Source: Diplonema japonicum
Lineage: Eukaryota > Protista > Euglenozoa: Diplonemea
Length of the DNA stretch: 64,000 bases
Assembly: GCA_964019335.1 (NCBI GenBank)
Contig: OZ025662.1
Location: forward strand, 310,001-374,000
Direction of reading: 5' to 3'
How positions within the stretch are numbered: the first letter of the stretch is position 1; every line of letters starts with the position of its first letter. This document shows positions 57,978 to 64,000 of the stretch, piece by piece. Made by a program: the position numbers and the translations under genes. The notes under the pieces are model-generated. The model was given only the letters and a program-made list of their open reading frames with translations, did not search any database and was not told the origin of the DNA.

Positions 57978-60527
57978 ATGGAAGAACACGGGTTGGCGGA
58001 AGAAATCGAGCACCTCTCCAAGGTTCTAAAAAGGGAAACGGAAGCGTGCGACAAATATGGCAACATGATGGCTCGGCTGCTGGGTGAGCGTTCTGCCCAG
58101 ATGTCACCTAAACGGAATACTGGGGAAAACATGTCACCCAAACTGCAGAAGCAAGCAGAACAGTTCTTTTACAGCCCGATAAGAGAAAGAGAAGTGAGAG
58201 CAACGTGCAGGAGAAACCAGTGCCCTGCCCACAACCCGAACAGCGGATACACCGGGAGGGCCGTCTCACCACTGAGAGGGTTGGGTGCGAAGAGTGTCTC
58301 GCCAAAAAGAAAAAAGAAAAAGTTGCACAGCGAACCTGTGATGCCCTTGATGCACACCCCTCCACCTCTTCCTCCTGCGTTGTCGCCTCTCGGGGAGGAT
58401 ACGCCCCCAGATAGCCCTCCCAGTGTCGCTGTGCTCACCCCACCCGACCTTCTTGTTGTCGATGAGATCACCAATGCAGAAGAGTGGTCGCAGTCCGACC
58501 CGGACTCGCCGAGCCTTCTCTCCGAGCCGCGTAGTGAAGTTCAAGAAGACGACTCTACGTTAACCCCCCTCACCCCCGCCACTCCACCCACTCAAGCTGT
58601 CCTTCATGACGAACACGTCGCCAGAGACTTCTTGCAAGACACCGCCTGCGTCACTCTTGAGTCCTTCGCCCCCCAGGCCGCATTCCTTCACCGATACGCT
58701 GTTTTAACAGAAAATTGCAACCGTGAACGGTCCATGCTGTGTGAGTGGTGGGAGAGCGAGCTGGGGCACATTGCACATGGGTTCCAAGCCACAGCCTCAG
58801 CATGGGACACGCTGACGAAGACAAGCATAAGAGACGTTGTCATCACAGAGGCGGCGTGCAAGGTGGAGGCGTGTTACTATAGAGGCAGGGATAAAATAAG
58901 TTGTGAGGAAGCTGCTGAGAGGAATGACATGGTGATCGGGTTCGGGGCTGGCAGAAAATGGGTAGAACAGAGGGAGCTTGTCATGGCAACGGAGGAGACA
59001 GCACGGGCCCTCATCGGGAGGGTCCAGTTCGTGGCATTGGAGAACTGCTTGCGGGAGATGCGTGCCTTCAAAGCCTCTCAGGCCACGCTCTCCGTCAACG
59101 CGGGCACTCTGGGCTCACACGAGTGCTACGCTAGGAAGGACATCAAGAACTTCGAGACGCTCCTCCGGAACACTCTCTTGCAACAGCTCAATAGGGACCT
59201 CAAACGCAGCTGCACCCTGGCCTTCCATGAGAGCGTGCAAAACTTATACAACCAAGAGGCCTTGCATTTCAGGGTACTCTTGCAAGATATGCATTCCTCC
59301 TTGCACCACGTTGCTGCACTGAAAGACGACTTTTACGTTCTTAAAGCACAGCAGCGAAAAGCAAGGCAGGAGGTGGAGCAGCGATACTGGCTGGAGACCA
59401 ACGAACTCATGCGGGGCTTCACGAACTCCAACGAGCTTGTGCTACTCATCGAGCAGGCGAAACACGCCAACGACAGAGAGGAGAGGATGTCACGTGCGCA
59501 CGTGGAGCACGAGTTCAACTTAAAGATGAAGCGCATCATCATCCTGTGGGAGCAGTCCATCCACGCCATGCAGTTCACCGCAAGGAAGAAACAAGACTTA
59601 GAAAAAGAAGAGTGCACCACTCGTGAGAAGCTCTTCGCCTCATGGATGGAGGGTGCGAACGGGGTGCTGACAACGTTCTTGCTGCAAGACTACTGGCGGG
59701 TCAGGTCAGAAGTGACGTGCGAGATGAACACAGCATCGATGGAACTGGTGGGGCTGCTGGGGAAACTGAACACACGCCAGGCGGCACTGCTGGATGCACT
59801 GAGCATAATTGAGTCTTCAGAAGATATCGACCGTGATGCCATTGAGAATGCAGAGCTGGAGGGCAGACTTGAGATCGAAGAAGTGAACGAGCTGTTCTCG
59901 CAACGCTTTTCCGCTTCGCATGCGATGAAGATGCTGGTCACAGTGGAGTCAAAAGAGCGACGCTCGTTGGAGTGGCATGAGGTGGCTCTGCGGAACGCGC
60001 TGATCCAGTACAACAGCAACGGGAGGGGTGCCATTGAGGACAGGCGGCGGACGACAGCGACATCAGAGAAGATTATGCAGATGGAGAGTGGGAACACACC
60101 CGGAGAGAGGGGAGCCGCGATGCTGCTCGGGTCATCATCGCCAGAGCCACGTGCACAAACGGGCGAAATGGAGGGGCTCATTGATAGGCTGGGTGGTGTG
60201 ACAAGCAAACTGAGGTCGCACGTTTCACAAATACCAGAGGCATCCCCTGGAGACCCTGGGAACACCTGGCCCCCCTTCAAAATCATAAAAGAGCTGCACA
60301 CTATCTACTCACAAGACATGACCCTCCCACAACTGTCCTCCGATTTGCAAGCCGTCATCCAGACCGTCGTGGGACAGGGCTACCTCTCGAAGGATAATGA
60401 TATGTGCATCTCTCACCTCTCTGCCAACATGCTGCAGCAGATGAACGCCGTCGACCAGGAAATAGCCACCAACGCTGCAGGGTCCTTCCACCGTGTCTAC
60501 GCGCTGCTTAGCATGCTAGTTAGATGA
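57978..60527 (+). CDS. Uncharacterised long alpha-helical/coiled-coil protein
   Basis: ~850-aa ORF with recurring E..xR..I...E motifs and a Pro-rich region. Confidence 0.75.
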   Translation: MEEHGLAEEIEHLSKVLKRETEACDKYGNMMARLLGERSAQMSPKRNTGENMSPKLQKQAEQFFYSPIREREVRATCRRNQCPAHNPNSGYTGRAVSPLRGLGAKSVSPKRKKKKLHSEPVMPLMHTPPPLPPALSPLGEDTPPDSPPSVAVLTPPDLLVVDEITNAEEWSQSDPDSPSLLSEPRSEVQEDDSTLTPLTPATPPTQAVLHDEHVARDFLQDTACVTLESFAPQAAFLHRYAVLTENCNRERSMLCEWWESELGHIAHGFQATASAWDTLTKTSIRDVVITEAACKVEACYYRGRDKISCEEAAERNDMVIGFGAGRKWVEQRELVMATEETARALIGRVQFVALENCLREMRAFKASQATLSVNAGTLGSHECYARKDIKNFETLLRNTLLQQLNRDLKRSCTLAFHESVQNLYNQEALHFRVLLQDMHSSLHHVAALKDDFYVLKAQQRKARQEVEQRYWLETNELMRGFTNSNELVLLIEQAKHANDREERMSRAHVEHEFNLKMKRIIILWEQSIHAMQFTARKKQDLEKEECTTREKLFASWMEGANGVLTTFLLQDYWRVRSEVTCEMNTASMELVGLLGKLNTRQAALLDALSIIESSEDIDRDAIENAELEGRLEIEEVNELFSQRFSASHAMKMLVTVESKERRSLEWHEVALRNALIQYNSNGRGAIEDRRRTTATSEKIMQMESGNTPGERGAAMLLGSSSPEPRAQTGEMEGLIDRLGGVTSKLRSHVSQIPEASPGDPGNTWPPFKIIKELHTIYSQDMTLPQLSSDLQAVIQTVVGQGYLSKDNDMCISHLSANMLQQMNAVDQEIATNAAGSFHRVYALLSMLVR

Positions 60528-60629
60528 GAGTTTTCTTCTTTTTATTTTTCTCAACCCCCCCCCCCACTGTTTTTTCTTCTTTTCCAATGTATGTTGATAT
60601 ACCTGTAGTGTACTTGGTTCCCTCTTGCC

Positions 60630-62240
60630 ATGCCAGCACTCAGAACAGGTATAATGCAACGATGGGAACGTCGCGTCACACGGTTCTCCCGTGTGATCAC
60701 AAAAAATGCTAATGTTTTATGGCTGGCGTTGGTGTACTCGGAGATAGCGGTCAGAATAGGGTTCAAGGTAGGGTGCATTTGTGTAAAGATAGGGTTCATG
60801 AGTGGAAAGGGCATACTGATGCTGATCACAACTGTTCGGCCTGCTGGAATTTTGTTGGGGATTTTGCTGTGCTGCTACGGGCTAGCCAGCTGGTGGTGGG
60901 CGCTGCCTTTGGCAGCCATGGTGCTGTATCTTAGTAACAGGTTCCGTGTGCAGAAGTTTTTGTACTTTCTCGAGGAAGTTCTTTGGTTCGCGGAGGCCAC
61001 CACAGCTTTTTCCCTCTTCCTTGCCGGCCGGATCACGTCCTTCTCATTGCTCTTGGCAGCAAACGCTGTACACCAACCTGAAGACGGACCAGTAATCGCT
61101 CTGCGTTCCACACTGTCCTGCATGGTGCCTAGCAAGTACATCACTCCTTACCAAGCAGTGACAGAGTACCTTGCCCCAGAGAGGGAGTACCTGTCAGACA
61201 TCGCGTGTGTGGCGGACTTGAAAGACGCAATGGCGTCACATGAGAATCCCAGCTACCGTGATGGTGAGTGGGGCACATTCGAGTCTGTCATGCGGGACAG
61301 GAGAAATGTCACGAAGCACGAACTGGTCTTGCTCTCCAGATTAGCTGTATCTGTCTACGGACATGTGGGGCTGAAGTTCCTTGGCATCCTCCCGTATGCC
61401 ACACATGTGATGTCGGATAGGGATGCCATGCGCAAGGTCATGCAACCCGCACCTGGTGACAAGCTTCTTAAAGACAATTTCTCGTGGAAACTGTACCTCC
61501 CAGGCTACGCGGTGTGGGTTAATGACAATACAAAGAAGGTGACAATATCCGTGAGAGGCACCATCGCACCGCAGGACTTCATCGTCGACCTCCACGCAGC
61601 CCCAATGCCGGTCACGCTCATGGGAAAAGAAGGCTATGTCCACAGAGGGATGATGCTTGCAGCAAGAAAACTGAGCAGCGAGATTCAAGGCCTAGTGAAG
61701 GCGCGTGCGGAGCACAACGTAGTCATCACAGGGCACTCAATGGGCGCTGGGGTGGCGTCGTTGCTGGGTGCCATATGGTTAAACGATGGGATTGTACCTG
61801 AGGGTAAGATGAAGGTTGTGGGGTTCGGGACACCTGCAGTAACATGCCCTGTACTGGCGGAAGCTGCTTCCCCGTTCGTGGTGGCCGTGCTTAATGGTGT
61901 GGACATGGTGCCCCGGCTCAGTATCAGGTCCGTTACGAGTCTCATCCATGTTATCGGGGATAAGTGGAAGTCTCTCCCCATCCCTACCTCTGCGCCTTCT
62001 GCAGACGGTCCCGTTCTCGGTCCTCCTGGTCTTAAGATTTGGTTTGAAAGCACTACCACCATCGCGGAGCCCGCCACTCCTTGCCGTGCTACAATTGCAA
62101 CAACGGACTTCGAGACCTTGCTCCCTGTTAGCGGGATGGGTGTCTTGCACCTCCCGCAGACTTACTACCACCTTTTCAACAGCGATGAAAACCACGTATC
62201 TAGGAACCAGTCTCCATGTTGGCCGTTCGATGCGTCCTGA
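60630..62240 (+). CDS. Class 3 lipase with N-terminal TM segments (DAG-lipase-like)
   Basis: ISVRGT, VHRGM, ITGHSMGAG, GFGTP, DMVPRLS, LHLPQTY. Start uncertain. Confidence 0.88.
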   Translation: MPALRTGIMQRWERRVTRFSRVITKNANVLWLALVYSEIAVRIGFKVGCICVKIGFMSGKGILMLITTVRPAGILLGILLCCYGLASWWWALPLAAMVLYLSNRFRVQKFLYFLEEVLWFAEATTAFSLFLAGRITSFSLLLAANAVHQPEDGPVIALRSTLSCMVPSKYITPYQAVTEYLAPEREYLSDIACVADLKDAMASHENPSYRDGEWGTFESVMRDRRNVTKHELVLLSRLAVSVYGHVGLKFLGILPYATHVMSDRDAMRKVMQPAPGDKLLKDNFSWKLYLPGYAVWVNDNTKKVTISVRGTIAPQDFIVDLHAAPMPVTLMGKEGYVHRGMMLAARKLSSEIQGLVKARAEHNVVITGHSMGAGVASLLGAIWLNDGIVPEGKMKVVGFGTPAVTCPVLAEAASPFVVAVLNGVDMVPRLSIRSVTSLIHVIGDKWKSLPIPTSAPSADGPVLGPPGLKIWFESTTTIAEPATPCRATIATTDFETLLPVSGMGVLHLPQTYYHLFNSDENHVSRNQSPCWPFDAS

Positions 62241-62487
62241 TCTTACACATGGTCGCTGGAAGAAAGAGAGGAAAAAGAAAGAGAAGAAAAAAAAAAAAGA
62301 AGAGAGGGAAAAGTGAGAGATCTTTACCTTTTTTTTTTTTGAGTAGTGAAAGTAGTGAAATCTTCCAATTCTGCTTTACGGTCATCTTCTCCCACTCCAA
62401 ACCCCCACAGTGGTCAGAACGTGTACTTTTCACATTGGTTGGCAGGGGGAGAGGGAGGAGGGAAGGGAGAGAGGGGGTGAAAAAGAA

Positions 62488-62967
62488 ATGGCCCCAGGGA
62501 ATGAAATCCCTTTGGGGAGCTTGGGGTTTGATGCTATGTTCTCCGCAACGCAGATCGGGACGATTCAAGGATTGCACTATGTGGTGCTGTGCGTCGTGCT
62601 GCAGGTGGCGAGTTGGGTACAGGGGAATACTGCTGAGGTCAGGCACGTATTCTTGGTGGAACCCCTTGGTGCGGAGGCGTTCACTCTCACAGCAGTGCAC
62701 GCTGTGAGTTCTCTCGCCACCGGCTATTTCATATTTTTAATAGCTGAGCGCAGCCGGAAATGTCTCGACCAGTCAGCCACCATCTACTTCCTACACTTCC
62801 TGCTGTGTTGCACTCTGATCGCCTTCCCGATATCACTGGCATTCTATTTCCTGCTTTTCTTTACGTTTGCTCTGACATTCTTTTCTTCGCGATATCTATG
62901 CATGGCAAAGGAGCAGTCAGAGGTCACTCTGGATCGGAAGAGATCGCAAGGCGCGACCACAGTTTAA
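62488..62967 (+). CDS. SYS1: SYS1 Golgi integral membrane protein
   Basis: FD...QI..IQ..HY, ERSRKCLD..TIYFLHFLLC, FP, YLCMAKE. Confidence 0.82.
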   Translation: MAPGNEIPLGSLGFDAMFSATQIGTIQGLHYVVLCVVLQVASWVQGNTAEVRHVFLVEPLGAEAFTLTAVHAVSSLATGYFIFLIAERSRKCLDQSATIYFLHFLLCCTLIAFPISLAFYFLLFFTFALTFFSSRYLCMAKEQSEVTLDRKRSQGATTV

Positions 62968-63111
62968 AAAAAAAAAGAAAAAAGAGGAAAAAGAAAATGA
63001 CAAAAATAAGGGCATTGCACACATTTAAAAAAGAAAAGAAAGAGAGCAAAACGAAATCACACCATCAAAGGAAGGGCTGAACACACACCAGAGAAAAAAA
63101 GAACAGGAAAG

Positions 63112-64000
<889 letters not shown>

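Overview
Eukaryotic, gene-dense 64-kb window with about 33 protein-coding genes, all on the + strand, separated by short spacers of poly(T)/poly(A)/poly(C) tracts. Unidirectional gene order, a BILBO1-like protein, calflagin-type EF-hand modules, EFL instead of EF-1alpha and frequent cis-introns point to a euglenozoan, most plausibly a diplonemid (inference, no database search). I reconstructed 33 short GT-AG introns (31-92 nt, donor mostly GTRTG); many have poly(A) directly before the AG, and many are in-frame and hidden in the supplied ORF track as poly-K/poly-F. Recognisable products: class IV aminotransferase (partial), MORN protein, NUDCD1-like, phosducin-like, a large EGF/Cys-repeat membrane protein, two Aurora kinases, DEAH helicase, GH7 cellulase, Prune exopolyphosphatase, serine racemase, TruD-like protein, kintoun/PF13, EFL, kinesin, BILBO1-like, Tsr2, Pumilio, Beclin/Atg6, NUP-family protein, class 3 lipase, SYS1 and VPS4 (partial). 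Most notable: a decayed Crypton-like tyrosine-recombinase element with hairpin ends (~18.55-19.39 kb), A-rich intron acceptors, a within-gene purine-to-pyrimidine shift in synonymous codons, a MerC-like mini membrane protein, a signal-peptide WW protein and recurring intergenic motifs. Family calls come from motif recognition by eye, and homopolymer lengths may carry sequencing error.
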